IMG/VR virus record: IMGVR_UViG_3300034104_005761
Strand: one strand, 5' to 3'
Length of the DNA: 62,414 nucleotides
Source: a virus
The notes beneath the pieces are model-generated. The model was given only the letters and a program-made list of their open reading frames with translations, searched no databases and had not been told where the DNA came from. Positions within the stretch are counted from its first letter, which is position 1; every line of letters starts with the position of its first letter. The position numbers and the translations under genes are program-made. Below are positions 52,108 through 61,790 of the stretch, piece by piece.

Positions 52108-52728
52108 TTATTTAAACTTAGGACCTTCAACCCATACTACAATAGACTTTCTTAAGCCTTCTGTAACAGGCGTTACTTCATGTAGCATGAAGGATGGAAA
52201 GAATATCATCGTGCCCTTTGGTGCATCTATTCTTGTTGGAGATCCGCCTTCATAAATAAGGAAATCTCCACCAGTAAAATCTTTTCCTTGATCAGATAAT
52301 AATAATGATAAAGAAAGTTTTCTTGTGTCAAGTAAAGTAGCTGGTTTTGCCTCGGTCATAATAAGGTCCATATGTACTCCATATTTACCTTTTTCTTCAC
52401 CACTATATTCAGTATATTGATAGTCTTTATATCCATATAATTCAAAGCCATATACTGAGTTATTAATAGACTCAATAGCTGCATTAAGCTTTTCAAAGAA
52501 CCATGAGTTCTCTTCAGTATATCCATGAAAAGAATTGCTAGAAATTCTAATTGGATTATCATATACAACTAAGCCACTTTCTTGAGCAACAGTAGTAGCT
52601 TTATTTAAGGCTTTAGTTTTTGATAAAAATTCTATCTGATCTAATTCTTCTTTAGTGAAGTAATCATATACGCAAATATATGGAAGTGTTATCTTAGATG
52701 ATCTGTAAGGATTGTTTGATAGCTTCAT
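52108..52728 (-). CDS. 2-oxoglutarate/Fe(II)-dependent oxygenase (prolyl-hydroxylase-like)
   Basis: GKYGVHMDLIM..KLSLSLLLSDQGKDFTGGDFLIY..MIFFPSFMLHEVTPVTEGLRKSIVVWV. Confidence 0.88.
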   Translation of the reverse strand: MKLSNNPYRSSKITLPYICVYDYFTKEELDQIEFLSKTKALNKATTVAQESGLVVYDNPIRISSNSFHGYTEENSWFFEKLNAAIESINNSVYGFELYGYKDYQYTEYSGEEKGKYGVHMDLIMTEAKPATLLDTRKLSLSLLLSDQGKDFTGGDFLIYEGGSPTRIDAPKGTMIFFPSFMLHEVTPVTEGLRKSIVVWVEGPKFK

Positions 52729-52746
52729 GAGCTATATTATACACTA

Positions 52747-53124
52747 TTATTCGTTGATGAGTTCTTCTGGAATGATCCAAAGTTTACAGATAGCTTCTGC
52801 TTGTATTTTTCCAGCAACTATTTCACAGCCACCGCCTCCAATAAAGAAAACGCAGTTAGCACAAATTAAACCTTTTTCTTTAAAAGGATTCTCTTCGGCT
52901 AAAGCATAGTGTGCGCCGTTTGCTTTTGAATCTAGTCTGAACATACCAAATTCTTCAACTGTTTTTTCATAGTAATCATAAAGAGCTTGTTGTCTTTTAT
53001 TAAGATTACCTTTTACGTCGTTGCCTTCTGGCTCTTCAGACATTTCGTCTTCTGGATCTGGAGAATCTTCCATATCAGGTTGACGAGTCTTTTCTTCAAA
53101 TTCGGAAAGCCAGTAGTTCTGCAT
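52747..53124 (-). CDS. four-Cys small protein (paralogue 1)
   Basis: MQNYWLSEFEE..LICANCVFFIGGGGCEIVAGKIQAEAICKLWIIP. Confidence 0.6.
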   Translation of the reverse strand: MQNYWLSEFEEKTRQPDMEDSPDPEDEMSEEPEGNDVKGNLNKRQQALYDYYEKTVEEFGMFRLDSKANGAHYALAEENPFKEKGLICANCVFFIGGGGCEIVAGKIQAEAICKLWIIPEELINE

Positions 53125-53441
53125 TACTTTCTACCTGACTTTACTACTCCATCAGGAATGGCAGCTAGCCTACAATATCCACCATCTTCAACTTGTTGAG
53201 CAACTATCTTGCAGACGCCATTGCCTTCATATAGTGCACAGTTAGAGCATTTGACGCCAATAGAAAAATTATCATTCTCTGATTGAGGAACATAACCAAC
53301 CCATATACCATTGCCATCACCATTGGAAAGCTTTCCATATTTCTTGGCAATTGACATCAGGGCATTTGCGAACTCTTGTTCTGCGGGAGGGAGACCATTT
53401 TCCATCTCTTCCAGGAATTCTGCTAACCAATAATTTTCCAT
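53124..53441 (-). CDS. four-Cys small protein (paralogue 2)
   Basis: MENYWLAEFLEE..VKCSNCALYEGNGVCKIVAQQVEDGGYCRLAAIP. Confidence 0.6.
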   Translation of the reverse strand: MENYWLAEFLEEMENGLPPAEQEFANALMSIAKKYGKLSNGDGNGIWVGYVPQSENDNFSIGVKCSNCALYEGNGVCKIVAQQVEDGGYCRLAAIPDGVVKSGRK

Positions 53442-53454
53442 TTTAAATCCTTAA

Positions 53455-53676
53455 TTAAATTGAAGCTTCAAGCTGTGGCTTTGGAATGCATACTCTCTTA
53501 CAATAAGAAGCTGCATTGCTTTCATATATTATACCCTTTATAAGCTCTCTTTTGCATGTTGGGCAGACAAATTCTTTACCTGGAGTACCATAATACAAAA
53601 CTGCCTTACCTGGCAATTCTGCTTTTTTTTCTTGAGTATTTGACACATTTTTCTTAGCTGGTTTTTTAGACGCCAT
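53455..53676 (-). CDS. small zinc-finger-like protein
   Basis: FVCPTCKRELIKGIIYESNAASYCKRVC. Confidence 0.5.
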   Translation of the reverse strand: MASKKPAKKNVSNTQEKKAELPGKAVLYYGTPGKEFVCPTCKRELIKGIIYESNAASYCKRVCIPKPQLEASI

Positions 53677-53830
53677 TATTGTCTCCCTTTATTAGAAAAC
53701 TAGATTACTATAACATTATGACCTTTTTAAACATAATCCTTTATATAGTAAATCTAATTAATAATTGGCGCACTTATTGGAAATTGTTTACTAACCCAGC
53801 CTCTTTGCAGTATTTTTAAAGTAGAAAAAA

Positions 53831-55034
53831 ATGGATTTATCAACATCTAGATTTCAGTTAAATCAAAACGGTTTATATCTATTGGGTCAGTCTGCAATAG
53901 ATGAAGCTAATGGTCAAGATACAATTTTAAGAAACATATCGACTTTAAATCAAAGAATGCTTTCTTCTAAAGCTATGTCCGAATCTTTTGATTTTGGTAA
54001 CGGTGTTCAAGTTTCAACAAAACAAATGGTTGATGAAACTATTGGTGGAGTTTTTGACACATCAGCTTTAGAAAGATATGGCTTTGGATTACAAGATAGT
54101 GTTGGAATCAACTATGAATTAACAGATTTAAAAGACAAAGCTAGGCTTAGAGGTTTTTTGTCTGAAGAAGGTATACAGGTATCTGACACTAAATTGGATA
54201 AAGTTAAAAATTTTATTGCTTTAGATCCTAAAGCATATAAAGACCCTGGAGGAATAGTATCCAGAGGTCACATAACTCCATTTCACGAAATTGGTCACAC
54301 AGGATCTAGGATATCTGGACTTGGAAATTTAGCTGATGATTTCTTAACTTCAAGTGTTAAAGAAGCTGAAAATTTTCCAGGAGGACTTACAGGTTCTCCA
54401 TTGTATGACAGGATAAAATCATTTTTTACTTACATGGCTCTTCAAGGTAAAGAAGAAGCAAGAGCAGAAGGCTTTGGTATCTACGCTGCATCGACTATAC
54501 AAGATCCAGACGAATGGAGACTGTCAGATGGTTCTAGAACTTCTATGATATCAAATAATATTAGAAGTTCTGTTCGAGGTCGGAAATATAGCCTATCTTG
54601 GTGATAACAGTTTCCAAGAGGCATACGGGAACAATGCTATGTACAGTCTTTTTGGTGATCTTATTTCTCAAGGTGACGAAAAAGGTTTTGCGTCCTTAAT
54701 GATGTTGGGAGAAGGTATTGCAAAGAATTCTTTTATAGAAGACTTAAAAGGACCATCAAGTCCAACATCAAGAGGAGTAGATATAGGTACTGCAGTAAAA
54801 TATGGTATAGATGACGTCTTAAAAGAAAATGATCTTCTTGTAGTTTCGGATATGACAAAGGGTGATATGAAAGAATTTCGTGCAGCAATAAATTCAAGTG
54901 ATGATGGGGTAAAATTTGCGTCTGGTAAATTGGGAAATATGTTTGGAAGAAGTAGGGCTGCTGGAGGAATGTCTTCTTCCACCTTGGATAATTTAATAAA
55001 GTCTTCTATTGAAGCTGCAAGAGTAATGAGGTAA
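53831..55034 (+). CDS. putative metallopeptidase-like phage protein read through a +1 shift at CGGA 54581-54584
   Basis: HITPFHEIGHTGSR (HExGH-type) ; ..SSVRG-G-NIAYLGDNSFQEAYGNNAMYSLFGDLISQGDEK.. Confidence 0.75.
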
Positions 55035-55036
55035 AT

Positions 55037-56265
55037 ATGTCAGAATCAGCATGGCAAGTAATTATTAAAGCTTATGAAAGAGAATTAGCTAACGCAAAAA
55101 CACCAGAAGAAGCTGCTCGTTGGCAAGCTGCAATAGACAACTCTTTAACCGAAGCTAATAAAGAAATTATTGTATCAGAAGGTAGAGTAAGACCTACTGC
55201 TGAGCAAAAAGCGAGAAAAATTGAATTAGGTAAAGAAAAAGCTGCTGTAGCAGATCAACAGAGATTGATCGATGAGGGAAGAATAAAAATCTTCCCTGCT
55301 GAAGAATCGGCAAACATGCTCGCTGAAGACACAGCTGCAGTAAATTCTACAAAAAGACCTTCCGTTGCACCAAGTGCTGAACCAGTAATTGAAAAACCGC
55401 CAAAATTTCAGATAGATAGAGCTGATTACTTTAAAAACATTTATACTGATGAACTTCCTGAAGAAGCAATTAGTAGACTTAAAGAAGCAGCGTATCCCAG
55501 AAATTATAAATACATAATCTCAGATTACTGGGGTATGTCTATTCGGAAATATGGAAGAAGCTCAAATTAAAGTGGTCGATGCTATAGGTGAGCTTTTGGA
55601 TGAAGGTATTTTAGGTGAAAGCAATTTTAGAAAACCTATTCCATCTCCTAATCCTGTTTCTGGTCAAAACCTAATACCAGACGATATAGGAGCTGGTTTT
55701 GACGATATATCATTTCGGTGTTATGGATGAAGGTACAGCTCTTCGTGACGAATCTTACTTAGCATCTTTTGAATCCATTGCTGATACATCTATACCTGAA
55801 TCTTATTTTGATGAGTTTAGTGACGACTTAGCAGATATTACTACTTTTGTAGATGCACCAACTGGACCTGAAAAGTTAGCTGCTTTAGATGAGGTGAAAG
55901 ATGTTCTGACTTCTGGACCAGGTGCTTCATCTAAAAAAGCCCCCATGTTTCCAGAGTTTACAGCAAGAGTTAAATCAGCTATAGAACAAACTGTTGAATT
56001 GGCAGCTGATATTTCGAATGATGTTTCTAAGGGAGGAACTAATACTATAGGTATGGTAACAGGGGCAGCAACAAGAGGTAGAGGACAAGTTAAAAATTTT
56101 GTTGGTACTAATAGAACAACTCAAGAAATAATTAAAAATTTAGAACAAGCAAGAGGTATAGTCTCAGATTTTTCAAAGCTTGGAACAAAGACTAAGATTG
56201 GAATAGGTATCGGCACTTTGGGTGCAATAGGAGCCTATTCATCAGCGGATAGAAAGAGAAGATAA
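55037..56265 (+). CDS. phage protein of unknown function needing two +1 shifts: CGGA 55544-55547 and CGGT 55716-55719
   Basis: ..SDYWGMSI-G-NMEEAQIKVVDAIGELLDEGILGESNFRKPIPSPNPVSGQNLIPDDIGAGFDDISF-G-VMDEGTALRDESYLASFES..; +2 nt total, reading frame otherwise open. Confidence 0.78.
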
Positions 56266-56552
56266 TGGCAGATGGAATGATAATAGGTCCTGGTTTTGAA
56301 AAAACAGGACTAAGAGACAGTGGGTTAACTGTTAGGATAAGTCAAGACAGACCAGACATACAAAAGATGTTGTCACCTGGCCTTAAGCAGATAGGTGTTC
56401 AGACTCCTGGTCTTAGACAAGCTGCTTTACCAATGAGAGGTATTCAGCCTAGAAGAGCTCAATCTGTATCTGCTAGAGCTCAGGCGAGAGGTAACTTTTC
56501 AATGAACACAACCTTCGCCAATAGAAATCGAGCTATAAATCCTTATACTTAA
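56265..56552 (+). CDS. hypothetical protein
   Basis: 95 aa ORF overlapping previous stop. Confidence 0.5.
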   Translation: MADGMIIGPGFEKTGLRDSGLTVRISQDRPDIQKMLSPGLKQIGVQTPGLRQAALPMRGIQPRRAQSVSARAQARGNFSMNTTFANRNRAINPYT

Positions 56553-56614
56553 GATATATAATAAGTAGGCCTAAGACTTAAGACCTATAATAAAAAAGCT
56601 CTAGTATTTCTATT

Positions 56615-57223
56615 TTATTCTGATTCTTGAATGTGACAATGGAATGGTGATCCTGTATATGGATCATACTTGGCTGCAACAGCGATTGCTTTCAGTGCAA
56701 TAGTCTTTGCTTGAGCCGATGATATTTTTCTCTTTGGCATGAGAACGTTTAGAGCGCCTAAAGCATAGGAAGAGCCAGTGCCTAGAGCATACGTGTTATT
56801 TGAGTCTGAAGTCCATGAATAATCCCCATCTACAACGTAGATAGATCCGTGTATTGACACAAGTATTATTGAACTATGTTCAGCTAAATGGTTTGAAGAA
56901 TCTCTTTCAGGAAGAGCATAACCTTGTTGTTCAAAACAAGTTCTCAGTGCAGGAATAAACTTAGCAGTAATAAACTGATCTAGCTTTTTACCTTTAGTTC
57001 CAGGAGGAGGAGTTGGGGGTTGAAAAGCGTGATGCAGTATATTGATTGCTCTCATATCTCCAGCAGCACCTAAAAGATACTTACCATTAGAAGCGACTTT
57101 TCCACTACCATCTCTGAGGGTGACAATTTGAGAGGCAAAACCTCCATCATCTATAGTGGAAATTCTAGAGTCAGAGCAAACAAGAGAATAAGAGTCTCCC
57201 TGTATAGCAATAATGGTTGTCAT
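56615..57223 (-). CDS. proteasome beta/HslV-like Ntn-hydrolase
   Basis: MTTIIAIQGDSYSLVCSDSRISTIDDGGF..KVASNGKYLLGAAGD..YALGTGSSYALGAL. Confidence 0.72.
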   Translation of the reverse strand: MTTIIAIQGDSYSLVCSDSRISTIDDGGFASQIVTLRDGSGKVASNGKYLLGAAGDMRAINILHHAFQPPTPPPGTKGKKLDQFITAKFIPALRTCFEQQGYALPERDSSNHLAEHSSIILVSIHGSIYVVDGDYSWTSDSNNTYALGTGSSYALGALNVLMPKRKISSAQAKTIALKAIAVAAKYDPYTGSPFHCHIQESE

Positions 57224-57427
57224 ATTACCCTCTTTTAAATATGATGGTAATACATTTTACACTATTTATATTATAGGAGCAAGAGTTTTAATAACAATTT
57301 TTATTGAAGGCCACAAAACTTTTGACAAAGACTTTATAAAATTAAACATTGATTTTAATCTTTCTTTCACTTGATATCTTTCTGTAAGTACTTTTTAAAT
57401 AATACGGTAAGATATCTATAAAAGATT

Positions 57428-57796
57428 TTAGTTTAATTTAGATTTTTGTATTTTAGAAACTTGTTCTAAGGGATAGGATCTCTTAAGTCTTTTTTGACAA
57501 GAGTGAGTAGGGGGATCAGTAATAGGAATCTCTATGATTACTGAGACCAAACAAGAGGGACACTGCCAACGAGAAGGAGGCTTAACCAAAGGTTTCTGCT
57601 TCTCTTCTTTAGTTCTAGGAACAACAGATGAAACTTTTGAAACTTTTACTTTTTTATTAGGAATAGTTATCTTATCTATTTTGATAATAGCCAGATCTTC
57701 CTTAATGCAAGAAGGACAAAAGTGAGGCTTTCTGCCTCTTGATTTTTCTCTCTTCCAATCCTTGGAACATCTATTGCAAGTAAGTGTTTCTTTCAT
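57428..57796 (-). CDS. multi-zinc-ribbon protein
   Basis: TCNRCSKDWKREKSRGRKPHFCPSC..WQCPSCLVSV. Confidence 0.5.
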   Translation of the reverse strand: MKETLTCNRCSKDWKREKSRGRKPHFCPSCIKEDLAIIKIDKITIPNKKVKVSKVSSVVPRTKEEKQKPLVKPPSRWQCPSCLVSVIIEIPITDPPTHSCQKRLKRSYPLEQVSKIQKSKLN

Positions 57797-57857
57797 GACT
57801 TTTCTTTCGTGTTATTAACGATAAGATGATACAAGGATTTATAGTAAAGAGCAAGTC

Positions 57858-58151
<294 letters not shown>

Positions 58152-58472
58152 GTAAGGTACAAGTATAGCAGACGAAAGCATTAAGTGTAATCATAATGTA
58201 AATAAAATTCCAAAAGTAGGTAATTATTAAAAACAGAAATGGGCTCGAAAATTTTTTTCTGATTTTTACCTATATAGGCATTTTAAAATTAATTTTTTAT
58301 TCGGTCATATTCAGGTGGAACTGAACCAAAATACTTAGTTAGAATAGCTTCAGCTTCTTCTTCAGTATGTCCATGGTCACGAACTTCGTGCTGCATAAGG
58401 GAATGTAAATAATTACCCTGATCGTCTTTATCAGTCCATTTATAAGTTGTCATAATTAATTCTTTCTAAAAA

Positions 58473-58691
58473 CTATTCAGATATTTTTACAACTTCAACA
58501 GTATCAAGATCAAGGTTAGACCATTGATACTCTCTATGGCCCTTAGCTGACCACTCAGCCCACTTTCTAGTGTTCCAAGTACTAAGAACATAGACTTTAT
58601 CTTTTAGCCTAGGCCAAAGCTTAGGATCCATTCCTTCGCAAGACTTGTATTTCTCTTCGTCAAGTTTAGCTATTACTTGATACTTGATCAT
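58473..58691 (-). CDS. hypothetical protein
   Basis: 72 aa ORF in leftward operon. Confidence 0.45.
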   Translation of the reverse strand: MIKYQVIAKLDEEKYKSCEGMDPKLWPRLKDKVYVLSTWNTRKWAEWSAKGHREYQWSNLDLDTVEVVKISE

Positions 58692-58896
58692 TTTTATTGG
58701 TTCCTATTTGTTTCAGAATATTAGAAAAAAACTGCTCAATACTAATTTTTTCGTACTGAGCAGCTATTTGTATTTTTTTCATTTCATCATCGTTAAATCT
58801 TATAGTACAAAATTTTTTGTTATTTGACTCAAGTCTAAGAATGACTTTGTGTTTTTTACGATTTTTTAACTTGAATATCAAGCTTGAGACAATCAT
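58666..58896 (-). CDS. hypothetical protein
   Basis: 76 aa ORF; C-terminal half resembles ribbon/CopG-like small DNA-binding proteins. Confidence 0.4.
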   Translation of the reverse strand: MIVSSLIFKLKNRKKHKVILRLESNNKKFCTIRFNDDEMKKIQIAAQYEKISIEQFFSNILKQIGTNKNDQVSSNS

Positions 58897-59050
58897 CGCA
58901 ATACCAAACTTTATACACTTTAGAACCAGTGGATACTTCTAATATATCACCAGAATCTTTATCATATGGAATTCGACATTGATTACAAAGATCATCTAAA
59001 TCATTATTAAGCGCTCTATTTAAAGCAGCTCTCATTTCTTCATGATCCAC
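58856..59050 (-). CDS. small zinc-binding protein
   Basis: LCNQCRIPYDK..VWYCDDC. Confidence 0.45.
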   Translation of the reverse strand: MDHEEMRAALNRALNNDLDDLCNQCRIPYDKDSGDILEVSTGSKVYKVWYCDDCLKLDIQVKKS

Positions 59051-59140
59051 AAAATTACCGAATACCTTTGTAATGATGTGCTTCTATAGCAATTATATGA
59101 TCTATAATTTGCTGGTGGGTTATTTCAATAGAAGACATTA

Positions 59141-59560
59141 TTAATACCATTTATCATGCTTGTGATTAATCTTATTAAAATTATATGAACTGTAAGTTCT
59201 ATTGTAGTGTCTTCTGCGAACATCGACTAAATTATTAAGAGCCTTGAAAAGAACTGGCCATTTATCTTTAATCTCTCTCATAATTTGATCGTGATGTTCT
59301 GGATTAACACCCTTAACAACTACAGTATCATAGATAGCATCAATTGCTTTCTTTTCTTCTTTGGGAATTGAAACCATTTCCTGAGGTTTAGGATTAAAAG
59401 AAGCAGTTGTAATCTTTACATTAGAAATGGGATTGCTGGTAATTGCAGGTTTTTCTGGTAAAGAAACAGGCTGCACTTTTTTGGAATTGGTAATTGCAAC
59501 TGCAATTGCATTTAAAGAAGAAGCTATATTGTTTAAAGCTTTAATTATTGAATTCATCAA
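59141..59560 (-). CDS. hypothetical protein
   Basis: 139 aa ORF. Confidence 0.5.
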   Translation of the reverse strand: MMNSIIKALNNIASSLNAIAVAITNSKKVQPVSLPEKPAITSNPISNVKITTASFNPKPQEMVSIPKEEKKAIDAIYDTVVVKGVNPEHHDQIMREIKDKWPVLFKALNNLVDVRRRHYNRTYSSYNFNKINHKHDKWY

Positions 59561-59798
59561 AATCTCCTCGATCTATTCTTTTTTTGAATGATAAGCCCCA
59601 ATTATACCATTCACAATTGTCACATGTGGGATTGCAGGAATGATCTTTTGAAGGGGGACCCATTTCAATTGCTTCGATAACTTCAGCTTTAATATATGGA
59701 TACATTTTTTTTATTAACTCAATGTATTTATCCATTACGAATCTCCAAAGATTTTTTGTAAGCTTTAGATATATCGCCAAGGTGAACATCAAAAACAT
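59541..59798 (-). CDS. hypothetical protein
   Basis: 85 aa ORF. Confidence 0.4.
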   Translation of the reverse strand: MFLMFTLAIYLKLTKNLWRFVMDKYIELIKKMYPYIKAEVIEAIEMGPPSKDHSCNPTCDNCEWYNWGLSFKKRIDRGDFDEFNN

Positions 59799-59952
59799 TA
59801 CCTAATTCGTCTACTTGACAAGAGTCTATAAAAGATTTGTTAATAGACAACAAAAGATTAACTATCTTTAAAAGATTTTTTTGATCTAAAAGATCGTTAG
59901 GAATGTCGCCACCCCATAATCCAATATCATTGATTACATTAATTTGATTCAT
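59728..59952 (-). CDS. hypothetical protein
   Basis: 74 aa ORF. Confidence 0.35.
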   Translation of the reverse strand: MNQINVINDIGLWGGDIPNDLLDQKNLLKIVNLLLSINKSFIDSCQVDELGNVFDVHLGDISKAYKKSLEIRNG

Positions 59953-60130
59953 TATCTTCTTGATCTATCTGATTTATTATTTCAAGAGTTTGTTGTTCAT
60001 CAAGAGTTTTAGCAAATTCACTAAGAGAATATATCCACTCTCCATCTTCACGCATTGATACATCTACAAGACCAGCTTTAACTAAATTAGCTAGTTCTTT
60101 TGCTACATTTTCTTTTGTAAATTCAGTCAT
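59939..60130 (-). CDS. hypothetical protein
   Basis: 63 aa ORF. Confidence 0.4.
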   Translation of the reverse strand: MTEFTKENVAKELANLVKAGLVDVSMREDGEWIYSLSEFAKTLDEQQTLEIINQIDQEDNESN

Positions 60131-60467
60131 TTTTTGCTCCAGGACAATTTTCTATTAAAACATGCATATACTTAATATGCTCAACAAGCATTTGGATAGC
60201 TTCTCCAGTAAGGAGATAATTAGCTTCAATGCCATGAGAAAGATTAAGATTCCAATCAGAATCTATAACACAAGTTGGTTCACTAGTGGTCACATTGTTT
60301 TCTATTTTTTTCTCTAAGTAACCAATATGTGTAATCAATTCATTTAGTTGATTTACAGCGCGTTGCATTAAGACTCTAAAAACAGGTGTATCAACATAAA
60401 TCTTTTTTAACTGATTTTCAATCTCGTTGATAGTGTTTTGAATCTTTAGTAATTGAAAGTCATTCAT
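60123..60467 (-). CDS. hypothetical protein
   Basis: 114 aa ORF. Confidence 0.45.
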   Translation of the reverse strand: MNDFQLLKIQNTINEIENQLKKIYVDTPVFRVLMQRAVNQLNELITHIGYLEKKIENNVTTSEPTCVIDSDWNLNLSHGIEANYLLTGEAIQMLVEHIKYMHVLIENCPGAKND

Positions 60468-60481
60468 GATATTTAATTATA

Positions 60482-60808
60482 TCAGAAAGGTTCTTCTTGT
60501 GCTGGGTCCCATTCAGTTCCTTCAAACAAAGATGGTTGAACATATTGGTACGCATGCTTTGAAAGAAAATCATCTAAATCAAAAGAATTTAAAGCTGGTC
60601 CCTTAACCACATAAGAACCTTTAGCTAACTTTTTAGCAAAAACCCCATTGTTAAGCAATTTACTAAGAGCAGAGCTAAAAGTGGCTGAATCAATTTCTAC
60701 TTTTTCTTTAGCATTTAAATCCACTAAAGAATTAGAGTCTAAAGTTTTTTCTTTTTTAGGAATAACAACATTCCAATTATTAGCATAAATCATACAGTGA
60801 TTGGCCAA
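60482..60808 (-). CDS. hypothetical protein
   Basis: 108 aa ORF. Confidence 0.5.
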   Translation of the reverse strand: MANHCMIYANNWNVVIPKKEKTLDSNSLVDLNAKEKVEIDSATFSSALSKLLNNGVFAKKLAKGSYVVKGPALNSFDLDDFLSKHAYQYVQPSLFEGTEWDPAQEEPF

Positions 60809-61017
60809 TCTTGAATTTGAGTTAATGATTTACTGAAGTAATCTTCTAAAGCTTCACTTGTTCCACAATCAGAACAAATCTCTGTTTTATTATCCACTCT
60901 TGATAAAGCACCTGGGTATGCACCTGGGGTTTCATTATTTGGAATTTGATTTGAGTTGCAGCGAGGACAGATCATATTACTATTCTTTCTGAATAAATGA
61001 AGAAACCCTGGGTTCAC
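60790..61017 (-). CDS. small zinc-ribbon protein
   Basis: MICPRCNSNQIPN..EICSDCGTSEALEDY. Confidence 0.5.
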   Translation of the reverse strand: MNPGFLHLFRKNSNMICPRCNSNQIPNNETPGAYPGALSRVDNKTEICSDCGTSEALEDYFSKSLTQIQDWPITV

Positions 61018-61045
61018 ACCACTAAAGACCCAGGGTTTCTATAAG

Positions 61046-61285
61046 CTATTGTGAAGTGAGCTCTATTTTATAGAGTCGTTTAAAATCTCTCTTCATGGGG
61101 TGGAGGGCTGATTCTGTCCCATGGGTTGTGTAGACTGGACCTTCTATCGTCGGAGGGGGAACGATGATATAAGAACCTGACTTCCGTCTTTCTACTGAAA
61201 AACCTAAACGCTCTATTTCAGCTAACAGCTTCTTCATTGATTTTGATTGATGTTGCCGAGGCAAAATGGCTCCTAACTTGTACAA
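61046..61285 (-). CDS. HicA-like small protein
   Basis: MKKLLAEIERLGFSVERRKSGSYIIVPPPTIEGPVYTTHGTESALHPMKRDFKRLYKIEL. Confidence 0.5.
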   Translation of the reverse strand: MYKLGAILPRQHQSKSMKKLLAEIERLGFSVERRKSGSYIIVPPPTIEGPVYTTHGTESALHPMKRDFKRLYKIELTSQ

Positions 61286-61332
61286 TAACTCGCAGTAATA
61301 ATTATATCAAGTAGGAGTAAAAAGAGCAAGTA

Positions 61333-61603
61333 TTAAATAGAAATTTGCTCTATTTTAATAACACATTTTTTGGGAATACTAATAATATTAGAGTAATACA
61401 CGGTTTCATTGTGAAATCCACGGCATAAAGAAATGGTATAATAGTCTTTAACTGGATTTGTTTTAATTAAAAATCCGAATTGTTTGAACTAAATACTTTT
61501 GATTTTCAAGAGAGTCAGAAGTAATCCAATTATTCTCATGAGAAAAAGAGTCTATCCAATCAATAATTACTGGTTGAGAGTCGGAAAAAAAAGACGCTTT
61601 CAT
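61333..61603 (-). CDS. small phage protein read through a +1 shift at CGGA (61477..61474)
   Basis: MKASFFSDSQPVIIDWIDSFSHENNWITSDSLENQKYLVQTI-G-FLIKTNPVKDYYTISLCRGFHNETVYYSNIISIPKKCVIKIEQISI; not in supplied ORF track because each half is short. Confidence 0.72.
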
Positions 61604-61616
61604 AAATGATATTATA

Positions 61617-61790
61617 TCATTTTAAAGATTCAGATTCTACATAAAGAGATCCAAATACTTGGTAGGCTATTTTTCTTATGTCTTCTGGCTTTGTTTGAGC
61701 TAAAGCATAGGAGCGATTATTATTTTTTCTAGATCCGTAATATTCAACTACGTCTCTATATTTGTTTTTATTCTTGCGTTTCTTGGCCAA
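61617..61790 (-). CDS. small hypothetical protein, TTG start
   Basis: MAKKRKNKNKYRDVVEYYGSRKNNNRSYALAQTKPEDIRKIAYQVFGSLYVESESLK. Confidence 0.45.
   Translation of the reverse strand: MAKKRKNKNKYRDVVEYYGSRKNNNRSYALAQTKPEDIRKIAYQVFGSLYVESESLK

Noticed and set aside
58289-58453. Possible ~54-aa minus-strand gene MTTYKWTDKDDQGNYLHSLMQHEVRDHGHTEEEAEAILTKYFGSVPPEYDRIKN
   Set aside because: Plausible, but I could not fix its 3' coordinate confidently by hand, so it is not listed as a feature.
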